Assembly (NCBI GenBank): GCA_016790765.1
Contig: JAEUMZ010000149.1
Location: forward strand, 39,245-103,244
Origin: Betaproteobacteria bacterium
GTDB taxonomy: Bacteria; Pseudomonadota; Gammaproteobacteria; Burkholderiales; Usitatibacteraceae
Length of the DNA: 64,000 nucleotides
Direction: 5' to 3'
Each line of letters starts with the position of its first letter. Position 1 is the first letter of the stretch. A program made the position numbers and the translations under genes. Below the pieces are notes generated by a model. The model saw nothing but the letters and a program-made list of their open reading frames with translations. It had not been told where the DNA came from and did no database searches. Below are positions 10,518-20,162 of the stretch, piece by piece.

Positions 10518-12074
10518 ATGACAGGACCTGCCGGCAGCGTCTTGCGCAGACCGCGTCTGGCGCCGGGAGTTCAATGCGCGAGTGCCAGTCCCTATAATCG
10601 ATGCGGTTTTCCGGCGTTCCCGCCGGCCCCGGACCGCGAGACCTGCTTGGCCACCAAACCCACCCTGTTGATCGTTGACGATGATCCGCTGATCAGCGAG
10701 AGTCTGTCCTTCGCGCTGGGCGACGACTTCGAAGTGGCGCTGCGCGGTTCGCGCATGGAGGCCATGGCGCTGTTGCGGTCGGGCACCTTTGTGCCTTCCT
10801 TGGCCCTGATCGACCTCGGCCTGCCGCCGGTGCCGCACCAGCCCGATGAAGGATTCAAGCTGGTGGGCGACCTTCTGGCATGGTCGCAGGAGCTGAAGAT
10901 CTTCATCCTGAGCGGACAGAACGAGGAATCCAATGCACGGCGCGCGCGCGCGCTGGGCGCCTACGAGTTGGTGCCCAAGCCTTGCGATCCGGTCCATCTG
11001 CGCAGGATGCTGATGGCCGCATTGGCGGGCAAGGCCACCGAGCGCCCCGCACCGGCAACCGAGGCGGTGGGCGAGTTGATTGGCGACACGCCGCCGATGC
11101 GCAAGCTCAAGCGCCAGATCGACCTCTATGCCGCGTCGATGTTCCCCGCGCTCATCGAGGGGGAATCGGGCACCGGCAAGGAGCGCGTGGCGGCGGCCCT
11201 GCACCACTTGAGCCCGCGTGCCCACTTGAAGTTCCTGGCCCTCAATTGCGCGGCGATTTCCGCCAACCTGGTGGAGCCGACGCTGTTCGGCCATGCAAAG
11301 GGGGCCTTCACCGGTGCCGCCACGCATAAATCAGGGTACTTCGAGGATGCCGGCGAGGGGACCCTGTTTCTCGACGAGATCGGCGAGCTGCCGCTCGACC
11401 TGCAGCCGAAGCTGCTGCGGGTGCTGGAAAACGGCGAGTACCAACGGGTCGGCGAGACGCAGACGCGCCAATCGCGGGCCCGCATCGTGGCCGCCACCAA
11501 TCGCGACCTGAAGGCGGAGGTCAAGGCCGGGCGCTTCCGTGCCGACCTGTACCATCGCCTGTCGGTGTTCACGCTGTCATTGCCGCCATTGCGCGACCTG
11601 GCGGACGACAAGCTGCGCCTGCTCGACCACTACCGTGCCGAGTACGCACGGCGCCACGGGACCGGGCCGTTTGAACTGGATGCCGGGGCGCGGGCTGCAT
11701 GGCTCGGATACGGCTTCCCGGGCAATGTGCGCGAATTGAAGAACATCGTGATCCGCCTCTTGGCCAAGTATGCCGGCTACACCGTGACGCGCGAGGAGCT
11801 GGTGGCCGAGTTTGAATCCGAGCCCGGCGCGCGCCACCCTGAATCGACGGACGGCGGCGGGCACGACGGGCAGCGCCCACAGATCGGCAATGGGTTCAAC
11901 CTGGGCCAGGAATTGGCGCGCATCGAGCTCCAGTTCATCGATGCCGCCATCGACGAAGCACGCGGCAACATGTCGCAGGCGGCGCGGCTCCTCGGCGTGT
12001 CGCGCTCAACGCTCTACAGCCGCCTCGACGCGCTGCGCCCCGGCCGCGCGCGCGAGGAGCAAACCGACAATTAG
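10518..12074 (+). CDS. sigma54-dependent (NtrC-family) response regulator, PrsR-like
   Basis: Receiver domain (TLLIVDDDP...LALIDLGLPP). AAA+ domain with Walker A GESGTGKE, an intact GAFTGA sigma54-contact loop and Walker B FLDEIGEL. C-terminal Fis-type HTH (NMSQAARLLGVSRSTLYSRL). The true start is probably the TTG at 10647 (LATKPTLLIVDDD); the first 43 codons look non-coding. Confidence 0.9.
   Translation: MTGPAGSVLRRPRLAPGVQCASASPYNRCGFPAFPPAPDRETCLATKPTLLIVDDDPLISESLSFALGDDFEVALRGSRMEAMALLRSGTFVPSLALIDLGLPPVPHQPDEGFKLVGDLLAWSQELKIFILSGQNEESNARRARALGAYELVPKPCDPVHLRRMLMAALAGKATERPAPATEAVGELIGDTPPMRKLKRQIDLYAASMFPALIEGESGTGKERVAAALHHLSPRAHLKFLALNCAAISANLVEPTLFGHAKGAFTGAATHKSGYFEDAGEGTLFLDEIGELPLDLQPKLLRVLENGEYQRVGETQTRQSRARIVAATNRDLKAEVKAGRFRADLYHRLSVFTLSLPPLRDLADDKLRLLDHYRAEYARRHGTGPFELDAGARAAWLGYGFPGNVRELKNIVIRLLAKYAGYTVTREELVAEFESEPGARHPESTDGGGHDGQRPQIGNGFNLGQELARIELQFIDAAIDEARGNMSQAARLLGVSRSTLYSRLDALRPGRAREEQTDN
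10570..10598 (+). promoter_or_regulatory. candidate sigma70 promoter for the response-regulator/msh operon
   Basis: TTCAAT (10570-10575), a 17-bp spacer, then a perfect TATAAT (10593-10598). It lies inside the track ORF's 5' extension, which argues for a downstream start (TTG 10647). Confidence 0.35.
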
Positions 12075-12125
12075 TCCGTGGGGCGAGTGCTACACTGCAC
12101 CGTTCACGCCAACGTCCGCGCAGCC

Positions 12126-13634
12126 ATGTCGATGTATCTCGCCCACTTCGGACTCACGGAAGCGCCGTTCAAGATCACGCCGCACACGGAGTTCTTCTTC
12201 GATGGCGCCAGCCGCGGGGAAACGCTTGAGGCGCTGATCTATGCCGTGATGACCGGCGAGGGCATGGTCAAGGTGACGGGCGAAGTGGGCGCGGGCAAGA
12301 CGATGCTTTGCCGCGTGCTCATGGAGCGCCTGCCCAGGGAGGTGGAGACGATCTACCTCGCGGTGCCGTCGATCTCGCGCGACGAGATCCTCGCCACCAT
12401 CGCCGGCGACCTCGGCATCGAGACGGTGGGCCTGTCGACCACCAAGATCATCCGTGCGCTTCAGCAACGGCTCATCGACCTGCACGTGGCCAACAAGCAG
12501 GTGGTGGCGTTGATCGACGAGGCGCACGCGATGCCCTTGGCGACGCTGGAGGAGATCCGGCTGCTGTCGAATCTGGAGACCAACCGCGACAAGCTGATGC
12601 AGATCGTGCTGTTCGGGCAACCCGAGCTCGACGCGCACCTCTCCTTGCCGAACATGCGCCAGCTGCGCGAGCGGATCACGCACAGCTTCAATCTCCAGCC
12701 GCTGCCCGCGCGCGACATCGGCGACTACCTCAATTTCCGCCTGCGCCAGGCCGGCTATCGCGGCCCCGACCTGTTTCGCGGCGAGGCCGTGAAAGTGATC
12801 GCCGAGGCCTCGGAGGGATTGACCCGCCGCATCAACATCTTTGCCGACAAGACCTTGCTGGCGGCCTATGCCGACAACACGCACGATGTCACCGCGCGGC
12901 ATGCACGCGCTGCGGTGGCGGATACGCAGATCACCGGGAACACGACTGCCGTGCGCCAGCGGCGCTGGCCGGTTCCGGCGGCTTTGGCGGCCGGCCTTCT
13001 GATTGGCGGCGGTGCGGGATATTGGCTCGGCCATGCACATTCCCGTTCAGGGTCGGCGGGGGCCACCGCGTCTGCGGAGGTCAAACCGCTTTCCGGTGCC
13101 CAGGCAAGCACCCCCGAGCGGACCCTACCTGTCCAGGCAGAGTTCCCGACGGATCCACCTGCCAAGGCGGCCGCATTGCCGATCGTCGCGGAGAAGTCGA
13201 ACGAGAAACGGGCCGCGCCGGCTGCGGGTGCATCGTCGGCGCCGGCGGCAGAAGTGGAGCCGGCTGCCGACCCGGTTCGCGATGCGCGGACGGCCGACAG
13301 CTGGCTGGGCGAGCGCATGCTGGCGGACTTGAACCGGCTGGCATCCGCCAGCAGTAGCGGATTTGCCATCCAACTCATGACGGCCGATGAGCATGAGGGA
13401 CCTGCCATTCGCGAATTCCTGCGCGTCGCCGCAAAGGAACTGGAACCCGACCGCCTCATGGTCTTCCCGTCCGGCTCCGCGTCGAACCGCAAGATCAGTG
13501 TGATCTATGGCCAATACGAGGATCGAGGTGGCGCGCAGGCGGAAATCGTCCGGTTGTCGCCGCGCCTCCGGCAATTCCGCCCTTTCATTCGCAGCGTCAA
13601 CGCCGTGCGCGCGGATGTCCGCGCGACCAGTTGA
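12126..13634 (+). CDS. mshM: ExeA/GspA-type AAA ATPase with C-terminal SPOR-like domain (MshM-like)
   Basis: MSMYLAHFGLTEAPF N-terminus, P-loop GEVGAGKT, DEAH box (ALIDEAHAM), one TM, an Ala/Pro-rich linker, then a SPOR-like tail (GFAIQLMTA...VIYGQYEDRGGAQAEI). Confidence 0.85.
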   Translation: MSMYLAHFGLTEAPFKITPHTEFFFDGASRGETLEALIYAVMTGEGMVKVTGEVGAGKTMLCRVLMERLPREVETIYLAVPSISRDEILATIAGDLGIETVGLSTTKIIRALQQRLIDLHVANKQVVALIDEAHAMPLATLEEIRLLSNLETNRDKLMQIVLFGQPELDAHLSLPNMRQLRERITHSFNLQPLPARDIGDYLNFRLRQAGYRGPDLFRGEAVKVIAEASEGLTRRINIFADKTLLAAYADNTHDVTARHARAAVADTQITGNTTAVRQRRWPVPAALAAGLLIGGGAGYWLGHAHSRSGSAGATASAEVKPLSGAQASTPERTLPVQAEFPTDPPAKAAALPIVAEKSNEKRAAPAAGASSAPAAEVEPAADPVRDARTADSWLGERMLADLNRLASASSSGFAIQLMTADEHEGPAIREFLRVAAKELEPDRLMVFPSGSASNRKISVIYGQYEDRGGAQAEIVRLSPRLRQFRPFIRSVNAVRADVRATS

Positions 13635-13664
13635 TTGAAATCTAAAGTGATTTTTCTGGAATCG

Positions 13665-13693
13665 CTGACAACCCATTGCTTTTATTGGATAAT
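13665..13693 (+). promoter_or_regulatory. candidate sigma70 promoter in the AT-rich spacer upstream of the secretin gene
   Basis: CTGACA (13665-13670), a 17-bp spacer, then GATAAT (13688-13693). It sits in the locally most AT-rich stretch (about 13632-13740). Confidence 0.4.
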
Positions 13694-13827
13694 CGCTTTA
13701 TAAAGCAGACTGAAACCAGATTGTCGTCCGGCACAGGGTTCCGCAGTCCATCGTGTGCACGGACCCAACCGCCGCAGGGACCTCGCTTTCTATGACCGTT
13801 GAGCGCGCGCACCGTCGCAGGAGCGTC

Positions 13828-15717
13828 ATGGGACGTACACAGTTGCCGCTGACCTTGGCGTGCATCGCCTTGTTGTCCGCGTGCGGCACCGCGCCCGTGG
13901 CGCGCGATGCCGGCCACCTCGGAGCGAGTCCCGAGGCCACGCGGCCTGCGGTCGTGGGCACCGGTGTCGTACCGACACCGATTCGCGATGTTCCCTTGCC
14001 GCCGCCGCCAAAGCCGCGGGTGGAGGAATTGAAGTACTCGGTGACGGTCAAGGATGTTCCGGTGCAGGAACTGATGTTCGCCATCAGCCGCGACACCAAG
14101 GTCAACATCGACATCCATCCCGGCATCGAAGGCCGCGTCACGCTCAATGCGATCGACCAGACCCTCAAGCAGATCCTCACGCGCGTGTCCAAGCAGGTCG
14201 ACATGCGCTGGGAAGTCGATGGGCCCAACATCGTGGTCCGGCCCGACCAGCCCTATCTGAAGCTGTACCGGATCGACTACGTCAACATGCAGCGCGACTC
14301 CACCAGTTCGATTGGTGTGCAGACGCAAGTTGTCGGCCCGAGCGATAGCGGACTCGCAGGCGGAAACACTTCTTCCACCGGCAGCGGCGAGAATAGTTCC
14401 AGGATCAAGTTGGAAAACGTCAGCAAGAATCGCTTCTGGGAAAACCTCGAAAAGAATGTCAAGGACCTGTTGCGCGAGACCGACAAGTTGCTGCCCGAAG
14501 GAAGCAAGGAAACCATTACGCAAAGCCGCTCACAGGGCAGCAGCGCATCAACAAGGCCTCAGCAAACTTCTGGATCCGGCAGAAGCAACGCTACGTCGCG
14601 CGTTGCAACTACGACCGGTGCAGGTGCCGCCGAAAACGCGGAAGAGAGCCAGTCTGTATCGCAGGTGCTGAATTTCCGCGAAGCGGCCTCGGTCATCGTC
14701 AATCCGGAAACTGGAACGGTGGCTGTGCGCGCCACATCGCGCCAGCACGAGAAAGTCGGCGAGTTCATCGAGCAGATCGGCGGTGCCGCGCGGCGCCAGG
14801 TCCTGATCGAGGCGACCGTGGTGGAAGTCCTGCTCAACGACAAATACCAGGCGGGCGTCGATTGGTCGGCTCTCGGCCTGCAGAACCTCGGCTATTCGTT
14901 TCGGCAGAGCTTCACCGGGGCCAACCTCCAGGAAGCCCCTTTCTTTTCCCTGCAGTACCGCAACCCGAATGCCGCAGCGGGCGGCGACATCAGCAGCACG
15001 GTCAAGATGCTGAACTCCTTCGGCACCTCCAAGGTCTTGTCGAGCCCGAAAATCATGACGCTCAACAACCAGACGGCCGTTATGCGTGTGGTCGAAAACC
15101 GAGTGTATTTCACTATCAAAGCTGAGCCCATCACCACGGTGAATCCAACCACGGGCGTGACCACGCAGTTGTTCCGATTTACCTCGACGCCAAACGTTGT
15201 TCCCGAAGGATTCGTGATGAATGTCACGCCGCAGATTGGCGAGAATGACATCATCAATCTCAACATGCGGCCCAGTGTCACGCGCATCACCAGCTTCGTC
15301 AACGATCCCAATCCTGACCTCAACCGGACAGGCGCCATACCAAACCAAATTCCGCAAATCCAGACGCGAGAATTCGAGACCATGTTGCGCGTGGCAAGCG
15401 GCCAGACCGCCGTGCTGGGCGGACTGATGCAGGACAGCTTTGCGGCCAATCGCGATGGCCTGCCCATCCTTGCACGCATTCCCATCCTCGGCGATGCGGT
15501 GAGCTATCGCAACGACACCGGCCGCAAGTCCGAGCTGGTGGTGTTCCTGCGTGCGACGGTGATCCGCGACGCGAACGTGGACACTGAACTGTCGAGTTTC
15601 AGGCGCTACCTGCCGGATGGACAGTTCTTCCGGGATCCGTCGCCCTCGCTCGATCCGGTGCGGGGCCTGCAGTCCCCTGAGCGTCCGCCCAGCCCCGAGG
15701 GCAAGCCCGCACCATGA
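13828..15717 (+). CDS. mshL: pilus secretin, lipoprotein type (MshL-like)
   Basis: ATG at 13828 preceded by AGGAG. Lipobox signal peptide MGRTQLPLTLACIALLSAC|G. Secretin C-domain (VLSSPKIMTLNNQTAVMRV...IPILGDAVSYRND...ELVVFLRATVI). Confidence 0.9.
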   Translation: MGRTQLPLTLACIALLSACGTAPVARDAGHLGASPEATRPAVVGTGVVPTPIRDVPLPPPPKPRVEELKYSVTVKDVPVQELMFAISRDTKVNIDIHPGIEGRVTLNAIDQTLKQILTRVSKQVDMRWEVDGPNIVVRPDQPYLKLYRIDYVNMQRDSTSSIGVQTQVVGPSDSGLAGGNTSSTGSGENSSRIKLENVSKNRFWENLEKNVKDLLRETDKLLPEGSKETITQSRSQGSSASTRPQQTSGSGRSNATSRVATTTGAGAAENAEESQSVSQVLNFREAASVIVNPETGTVAVRATSRQHEKVGEFIEQIGGAARRQVLIEATVVEVLLNDKYQAGVDWSALGLQNLGYSFRQSFTGANLQEAPFFSLQYRNPNAAAGGDISSTVKMLNSFGTSKVLSSPKIMTLNNQTAVMRVVENRVYFTIKAEPITTVNPTTGVTTQLFRFTSTPNVVPEGFVMNVTPQIGENDIINLNMRPSVTRITSFVNDPNPDLNRTGAIPNQIPQIQTREFETMLRVASGQTAVLGGLMQDSFAANRDGLPILARIPILGDAVSYRNDTGRKSELVVFLRATVIRDANVDTELSSFRRYLPDGQFFRDPSPSLDPVRGLQSPERPPSPEGKPAP

Positions 15718-17141
15718 GCCTGCTCCTCGATGCGCTCAGACGCGCCGAGGAAGCGAAGCGCGCCAAGCAGGGATCGGGTGACGAGGCCGCCGCGGGTGCG
15801 CCCCTCCCGCCCGAATCCGTCCCGTCGCCCGTGCGTCGGGCGGAACCGCCGCAGGGCGGGCTCTCCCTGGCCTTGGAGCCTGCCTCCGCACCTTCGTCCG
15901 TCCAGCCTCCCGCACGCACGATAGCGGCGCCGGCATTGGCCGATCGCGCGCCGGCCAACGCCCCGGCGACGGAATTTGCACTCGCCGACCTCGACAGCGC
16001 GGCCCCATTGCCGTCCGCGAGTGCGCCGCCGCCCTCTGCATTGCAGATCGCACCTGCGGCGAGCAGGACGGGGCCCGTTCCGGGTGACGATCATGCCCAG
16101 CGCGAACAGGTGCGCAATGCCTTTGCCGCCAAGGCATCGCCGTCGGCGGGCCGTCCACGCAAGTGGCTGGCGCCCGTCTTGGCGGTCGGCCTCGTTGCCG
16201 TCGGCGGTGGCGGATGGTATGTCTGGACCGAGATTCAACGCCTGTCCAAGCCGATGGTCGCGCAGGCACCAAGGCCAGCGCCGGCCCCACCCCCGGCAGC
16301 GGTCGTCACGCCTCCGGCCACTGCCGGCGCCGAACCCGCTTCCGCACCGACCGCAAGCCCGACCGGAGAGGTCAAGGCAGAGCCCGGCTTGCCACCCCTG
16401 CTGCCGCCGCCACCCCCCGAGGCCCCCAAGGCAGCGGCCGTACAGGCGGCGGCCGCGGCGAGCCGGCATTTGTCGGAGGCCGAAAAGGTGGCCAAGGCAA
16501 TTCTCGGCGCGGCACCCAAGGCGGAACCTCCGCTGGCCCTGAAGCCCTCGACCGTTGCCGAAGTACGCGTCAACCCGCACGTCGCGGCGGCGTACGCCGC
16601 GCTGCAATCGGGCGACTTGCGCCGCGCGGCATCCGAGTACGACCGCGCCGTGGCCGAGGCGCCATTGAACGTGGACGCCCATCTCGGGCGTGCCACCGTT
16701 GCCGCCCGATCGGGCGATCGATCCACGGCGGTTCGGCACTATCAGGAAGTACTGACCATTGACCCGCGCAACACGTATGCATTGAGCGGCTTGCTCGCCC
16801 TGCGCCCGGACCGCGGCGCGGACCGGCAAGAGGAGGAACTGCGCAGCCTGCTGGCCCAGAATCCCGAGGCGTCCGCATTGCATTTCGCGCTCGGCAACCT
16901 GCTCGCCGGACAACGCCGCTGGCAGGAGGCGCAACAGGCGTTCTTTGATGCATGGCGGGCAGAGCCGGAGCGCGCCGACTACGCCTACAACCTTGCCATC
17001 AGCCTCGATCAATTGAAGCAACCGTCGTTGGCCCGCGACTACTACGCGAAAGCCTTGTCGCTGGCCCGGACCGGCGGCGCACAATTCGACCCTGCGCCCG
17101 TGATCCGGCGCCTGGCGGAATTGGGCGGGTCCGCGCCGTAG
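15714..17141 (+). CDS. mshN: TPR-repeat pilus biogenesis protein (MshN-like)
   Basis: ATGA overlap with the secretin stop. N-terminus MSLLLDALRRAEEAK, a TM (WLAPVLAVGLVAVGGGGWYVW), a long Pro/Ala linker and C-terminal TPR repeats. The name is assigned from architecture and position only. Confidence 0.65.
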   Translation: MSLLLDALRRAEEAKRAKQGSGDEAAAGAPLPPESVPSPVRRAEPPQGGLSLALEPASAPSSVQPPARTIAAPALADRAPANAPATEFALADLDSAAPLPSASAPPPSALQIAPAASRTGPVPGDDHAQREQVRNAFAAKASPSAGRPRKWLAPVLAVGLVAVGGGGWYVWTEIQRLSKPMVAQAPRPAPAPPPAAVVTPPATAGAEPASAPTASPTGEVKAEPGLPPLLPPPPPEAPKAAAVQAAAAASRHLSEAEKVAKAILGAAPKAEPPLALKPSTVAEVRVNPHVAAAYAALQSGDLRRAASEYDRAVAEAPLNVDAHLGRATVAARSGDRSTAVRHYQEVLTIDPRNTYALSGLLALRPDRGADRQEEELRSLLAQNPEASALHFALGNLLAGQRRWQEAQQAFFDAWRAEPERADYAYNLAISLDQLKQPSLARDYYAKALSLARTGGAQFDPAPVIRRLAELGGSAP

Positions 17142-17234
17142 GGCCTTGCGGCGAGGGCGTCGTTTGCGCGCTTGCTACAATCCAATCCCGTACGCGCGTT
17201 CCGACTGGCAAGTTCGACTGTCCCGTCCCTACCC

Positions 17235-18950
17235 ATGAACCAAATGAACTCACCCGTCGCGCAGTTGCCCCTGGGGCAGACGCTGCTCACCCGCGGAGTG
17301 ATTTCCCAGGACCAGCTCAACATCGCGCTGACCGAGCAGCGCAAGCTGAAGACCCCGCTCGGAAAGATCCTGGTCCATCTGGGCTTCGTGACCGAGGCCA
17401 CGATCCGCGACACGCTGTCCGAAAGCCTCGGCCAGGTCGCCATCGACCTGTCCAACACGATCATCGACCACAACGCGCTGGCGATGGTGCCCAAGGAGAT
17501 TGCGCGCCGCTACCAGGTGTTGCCGGTCGACTATGACCGCCAGTCGAGGAAGCTGCTGCTGGCGGTGGCCGACCCGGCCAACGTCGTGGCGCTGGACCAG
17601 ATTCGCGCGCTCATCAAGGACGATGTGCGCATCGAGCAGGTGCTGGCGCGCGAATCCGACATCTCGATCGGCATCGAGCAGCACTACGGCTTCGAGCTGT
17701 CGATCGACGGCATCCTCAACGAAATCGAAACCGGCGAAATCGACTACCAGTCGCTGGCGGTCGATTCCGACGAATACAGCCAGCCGGTGGTGCGGCTGGT
17801 CGATGCCCTGCTCAACGATGCGGTGAAGCGCGGCGCCTCGGACATCCACTTCGAGCCGGAGCAGGGCTTCCTGCGTATCCGCTACCGCATCGACGGCGTG
17901 CTGCGCCAGATCCGCTCGCTGCACAAGAACTACTGGTCGGCCATGGTGGTGCGCCTGAAGGTGATCAGCGGCATGAACATCGCCGAGACGCGCGCGCCGC
18001 AGGACGGCCGCATCTCGCTGAGCCTGTCCGGCCGCTCGATCGATTTTCGCGTCTCCGCGCAACCGACCACGCATGGCGAGAACCTGGTGCTGCGCATCCT
18101 GGATCGCCAGAAGGGCATCGTGGCCCTGGATGACCTCGGGCTGCAGGACGACGAACTGAAGACCCTGCGGCTGATGATGGCGCGGCCCGAGGGCATCATC
18201 CTGGTGACCGGGCCGACCGGCTCCGGCAAGACCACCACGCTGTACTCGATCCTCAATCACGTCAACACCGAGGGCGTCAACATCATGACGCTTGAGGACC
18301 CGGTCGAGTACCCGATGGCGATGATCCGGCAGACCTCGGTCAACGAAGTCGCCAAGCTCGATTTCGCCAGCGGTATCCGCTCGATGATGCGCCAGGACCC
18401 GGACGTGATCCTGGTGGGCGAAATCCGCGACCAGGAAACCGCCGAAATGGCGTTTCGTGCCGCGATGACCGGCCACCAGGTGTATTCGACGCTGCACACC
18501 AATTCCGCCATCGGGGCGATTCCGCGCCTGCAGGACCTCGGCGTGCTGCCGGACATCATGGCAGGCAACATCATCGGCGTGGTGGCGCAGCGCCTGATCC
18601 GGCGCCTGTGCAGCCATTGCCGCCAGCCGTACCGCCCGGAAGACGACCTCACGCGCCGCGTGCTCGGCGTCACCGCGGACTGGACGGGCGAAGTGCATCG
18701 CGCGGCCGGCTGCGAACATTGCGACGGGACCGGCTACAAGGGGCGCGTCGCCATCATGGAGCTGTTCAAGATGGACGGCGAGATCGACGAGCTGATCGCG
18801 CGCCGCGCCACCGGGCGCGAGATCCGCGAAGCCGCGCGACGCACGGGGTTCCGCACGCTGGCGGAGGACGCCGTGGCGCGGGTGCTGGCCGGCCAGACCA
18901 GCCTCGACGAGATTTCGCGCGTCGTGGACCTCACCGACCGGGTGACCTGA
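17235..18950 (+). CDS. mshE: GspE/PilB-family secretion ATPase with N-terminal MshEN domain (MshE-like)
   Basis: ATG at 17235. Tandem LGxxLLxxGxIxxxxLxxxLxxQ-type motifs at aa 13-35 and 42-64. Walker A GPTGSGKTT, Asp box, Walker B ILVGEIRD, and a tetracysteine CSHC...CEHC. Confidence 0.92.
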   Translation: MNQMNSPVAQLPLGQTLLTRGVISQDQLNIALTEQRKLKTPLGKILVHLGFVTEATIRDTLSESLGQVAIDLSNTIIDHNALAMVPKEIARRYQVLPVDYDRQSRKLLLAVADPANVVALDQIRALIKDDVRIEQVLARESDISIGIEQHYGFELSIDGILNEIETGEIDYQSLAVDSDEYSQPVVRLVDALLNDAVKRGASDIHFEPEQGFLRIRYRIDGVLRQIRSLHKNYWSAMVVRLKVISGMNIAETRAPQDGRISLSLSGRSIDFRVSAQPTTHGENLVLRILDRQKGIVALDDLGLQDDELKTLRLMMARPEGIILVTGPTGSGKTTTLYSILNHVNTEGVNIMTLEDPVEYPMAMIRQTSVNEVAKLDFASGIRSMMRQDPDVILVGEIRDQETAEMAFRAAMTGHQVYSTLHTNSAIGAIPRLQDLGVLPDIMAGNIIGVVAQRLIRRLCSHCRQPYRPEDDLTRRVLGVTADWTGEVHRAAGCEHCDGTGYKGRVAIMELFKMDGEIDELIARRATGREIREAARRTGFRTLAEDAVARVLAGQTSLDEISRVVDLTDRVT

Positions 18951-18952
18951 GC

Positions 18953-20155
18953 ATGGCGTCCTTTTCATATCGCGCCATCGACGCCACCGGCCGCATGCTG
19001 AACGGCAGCACGGACGCGGCCAATCCGACCGACCTCGAGATGCGCCTGAAGCGCCTCGGGCTCGACCTCATCACGTTTGAATCGATCAAGAAATCCACCC
19101 TGATGCGCGGCCGCAAGGTGACGCGCAAGGAATTGATCACTTTCTGCTTCCACCTCGACCAGCTGATGCGCGCCGGCGTGCCGATCATCGACGCGCTCAC
19201 CGACCTGCGCGACACGGTGGAGAACGACGGCTTCAAGGCCATTGTGGCCAGCGTGCTCGAGGATGTGGAGGGGGGCATGAAGCTCTCCGACGCCATGGCC
19301 GAGCATCCGCAGGCGTTCGACGATGTCTTCGTGGCGCTGATCCGCACCGGCGAGCAATCCGGCCAGTTGCCGGAAGTCCTGACCAAGCTGACCGAGAACC
19401 TCAAGTGGCAGGACGAACTCTCCGCGCAGGTCAAGAAGGCGATGATGTACCCGCTGGTGGCCGGAACCATCATCATGGCGGCCCTGTTCATGCTGATGAT
19501 CTTCCTGGTGCCGCAACTGGGCGAGACGATGAAGCAGCTCACGCCCAACCCGCCGCCGGCGACGCTGGCGCTGGTCGCGGCGGGCAAGGCAATGCGCGCC
19601 TACTGGTACCTGTTCGTCGGCGTGCCAGTTGCCACGATCATCACGCTGTTGATTGTCGCGCGCACCAACGACGGCGTGAAGTACTGGCTCGACGGCGCCA
19701 TGCTGCGCATGCCCATCATCGGCCCGCTCAACACCAAGATCGTGCTGGCGCGCTTCTCGACCTACTTTGCGCTGATGTACCAGTCCGGGCTCGGCGTGCT
19801 CGACTGCATCCGCATCTCGGAAAAGATCGTCGGCAACCGCCTCATCGAGGAGGGGCTGCAGCGCGTCGGCCGCGAGATCAACGACGGCACCGGCATTTCG
19901 CAGGCCTTCATGAACGTCCGGCTGTTTCCGCCGCTGGTGCTGCGCATGCTCAAGGTCGGCGAGTCGACCGGCGGCCTCGACAACGCACTGCTCAACGTGA
20001 GCTATTTTTACAATCGCGACGTGCGCGAGCAGATGGGCCGCATGCAGGAGATGATCCAGCCGCTGCTGACCCTCGTGCTCGGCGGCATCCTGATCGGCAT
20101 CCTGGTCACGATCTTCAGCCCGATCTACGACGTGATCAGCAAGATCAAATACTGA
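18953..20155 (+). CDS. mshG: GspF/PilC-family inner-membrane platform protein (MshG-like)
   Basis: ATG 2 nt after the mshE stop, MASFSYRAIDATGRMLNGS.... Two GspF repeats and three TM regions. Confidence 0.9.
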   Translation: MASFSYRAIDATGRMLNGSTDAANPTDLEMRLKRLGLDLITFESIKKSTLMRGRKVTRKELITFCFHLDQLMRAGVPIIDALTDLRDTVENDGFKAIVASVLEDVEGGMKLSDAMAEHPQAFDDVFVALIRTGEQSGQLPEVLTKLTENLKWQDELSAQVKKAMMYPLVAGTIIMAALFMLMIFLVPQLGETMKQLTPNPPPATLALVAAGKAMRAYWYLFVGVPVATIITLLIVARTNDGVKYWLDGAMLRMPIIGPLNTKIVLARFSTYFALMYQSGLGVLDCIRISEKIVGNRLIEEGLQRVGREINDGTGISQAFMNVRLFPPLVLRMLKVGESTGGLDNALLNVSYFYNRDVREQMGRMQEMIQPLLTLVLGGILIGILVTIFSPIYDVISKIKY

Positions 20156-20162
20156 GCGCAGC

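Noticed and set aside
10504-10518. sigma54-like CGGCAC-N5-TGCA upstream of the response regulator
   Set aside because: The GG-to-GC spacing is one nucleotide short of the canonical -24/-12 geometry, and the first T is missing. A sigma70-like TTCAAT-17-TATAAT nearby is the better candidate.
8805-11327. 840-aa minus-strand ORF
   Set aside because: Only the C-terminal 261 aa (MlaE) are credible. The rest reads out of frame through mlaF and antisense to the response-regulator gene.
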